The notes beneath the pieces are model-generated. The model searched no databases, was not told where the DNA came from, and saw only the letters and a program-made list of their open reading frames with translations. Position numbers and translations under genes: made by a program. 64,000 nt of DNA from Macrostomum lignano (lineage: Eukaryota), in the NCBI GenBank assembly GCA_002269645.1, contig NIVC01000558.1, forward strand, positions 472,261 through 536,260, in the 5' to 3' direction. How positions within the stretch are numbered: the stretch's first letter is position 1; every line of letters starts with the position of its first letter. This document shows positions 63,746-64,000 of the stretch, in pieces.

Positions 63746-64000
63746 AATCCTGGACCATTAAGCAGACTCAAGCCCCCCCCCCCAAGAGGCAATAAGCTTT
63801 GCACGTGCGAAAGTTGCGTCACTCGCAATGAATGAAAGAAATAATCTCGCTTGAAGGGTGGAACTTTTGACCGTTGCTGAGTATTTGCAACAAAGTTGAG
63901 ACTGCCGAGGCCAAGCGTGCTATCTTTCTTACTGCCATTGGTGAGAATGAGAAGCGACACTTTCCGCTTTAAGCTACTCGAGAGTTTGGATCATTCGTAC

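Noticed and set aside
63712-63960. LINE reverse transcriptase C-terminal fragment
   Set aside because: Only a vague LGLGSL similarity, truncated by the window end.

Overview
Eukaryotic, repeat-rich animal genomic DNA with GT-AG introns, CORE-type SINEs and many minisatellites. The gene style suggests a free-living flatworm such as Macrostomum; this is inference only. The standout is a 9,515-bp Polinton/Maverick-like element (6776-16290) with apparently identical 921-bp terminal inverted repeats, ACTACT/AGTAGT termini and a 6-bp target-site duplication (CATGAG). It carries only three genes: (1) a protein-primed B-family DNA polymerase (~1,269 aa reconstructed) split by six spliceosomal introns, three of them in catalytic motifs A, B and C; (2) a divergently transcribed PC4-like ssDNA-binding protein; (3) an intron-containing acidic protein of unknown function. 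There is no room for integrase, capsid, packaging ATPase or adenain protease genes. It therefore looks like a minimal, host-adapted, capsid-less and integrase-less linear replicon that was integrated in trans. Host genes include a class A GPCR, a WSC+PAN secreted protein, an ankyrin-repeat kinase with a few hypervariable repeat codons, a universal stress protein, an FkbM-type methyltransferase, a GT32 glycosyltransferase and several hypothetical multi-exon genes. MITEs, foldback elements and a 5.3-kb polypurine tract are also present. Several -1 frameshifts in unrelated genes are each repaired by adding one base to a G or C run, which points to consensus errors rather than decay.
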